DNA of 64,000 bases, taken from Octopus vulgaris (lineage: Eukaryota). The notes beneath the pieces were generated by a model. It made no database searches. It saw nothing but the letters and a program-made list of their open reading frames with translations, and had not been told where the DNA came from. Shown piece after piece: positions 63,396-64,000 of this stretch (positions are counted from its first letter, which is position 1; every line of letters begins with the position of its first letter). The stretch is from assembly GCA_951406725.2 (NCBI GenBank), contig OX597827.1, positions 33,976,001 to 34,040,000 on the forward strand, read 5' to 3'. The translations under genes and the position numbers were made by a program.

Positions 63396-64000
63396 GGATC
63401 TTTACCTTTTGACCGGCAGATTTAGAAAATAATCTTTTGTAACTAAACACTTTTAAACTTCGGACACTGGGAGAATTTGTCATATAAAACATCTTTTACT
63501 CTTAGCATTTTTGAGAAAAACTTATATTTACGAAGTTATTTCACGTTTAAGTTCTCGTATTTCGATAATTTCAACCAATCAATGACGTGTATTCAGCTGA
63601 ATAAAATTACTGCCGTTGTTTCTCAACAAGTACTTCCAGCGGTGTATTTTTCGTTTGTCGCTGTTATTTACGACATCGTTCGTGCGTTTGTATTGGTTTT
63701 AAGGTTTTAGGGTTAGGGTTCGGTTTTAGGGTTGGGTTTAGGGTTAAGATTTTAGGGTTAGGGTTATGGTTAAGGTTTTAAGGCTAGGGTTAGGGTTTTA
63801 GGGTTAGGGTTGTCATAAATAACAGCAACAAACGAAATATACACCGCCAGAAGTTCTTGTTGACAAACAACAGCAGTAATTTTATTCAACTGAATACACG
63901 TCATTGATTGGTTGAAATTACCGAAATACGAGAACTTAAACGTGAAATAACTTCGTAAATATAAGTTTTTCTCAAAAATGCTAAGAGTAAAAGATGTTTT
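63396..64000. mobile_element. Foldback/MITE with long inverted arms around degenerate (TTAGGG)n
   Basis: 63487-63676 is the reverse complement of 63811-64000, and the right arm runs off the window. Core 63698-63810 consists of GGGTTA/GGTTTTA repeats. Confidence 0.88.

Noticed and set aside
63698-63810. True telomere or fusion site
   Set aside because: Short, degenerate, single orientation and enclosed by inverted arms.

Overview
This is repeat-rich, AT-rich animal genomic DNA, not prokaryotic. The tRNA-derived SINE families and microsatellite load point to an octopod cephalopod (inference; no database search was run). I can support one host gene: the 3' part of a + strand, intron-containing gene (exons at <1-235, 346-416, 4881-5129, 5535-5781, 5892-5962 and 14076-14569). 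It encodes tandem PAN/apple-like Cys domains, a Ser/Thr stalk, a CxCxC + helical juxtamembrane module and one TM helix. A recent duplication with a 5546-bp offset has doubled part of its ectodomain. Most of the rest is transposon-derived: several mariners, maT/Tc1-like elements, a Buster-type hAT, Helitrons, piggyBac and Merlin remnants, CR1, RTE, R4/Dong, Hero and Tx1/L1 LINEs, Penelope-like elements and SINEs. The main points of interest are the orphan receptor module and its exon duplication, and several minimal hammerhead-ribozyme motifs, two on the sense strand inside or just behind the gene. Also notable are a SINE whose 3' tail resembles the Tx1-like LINE 3' ends, a three-level TE nest with intact TSDs, a palindromic two-headed mariner and a foldback element with a telomeric (TTAGGG)n core. 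Most entries in the ORF track are microsatellite artefacts.
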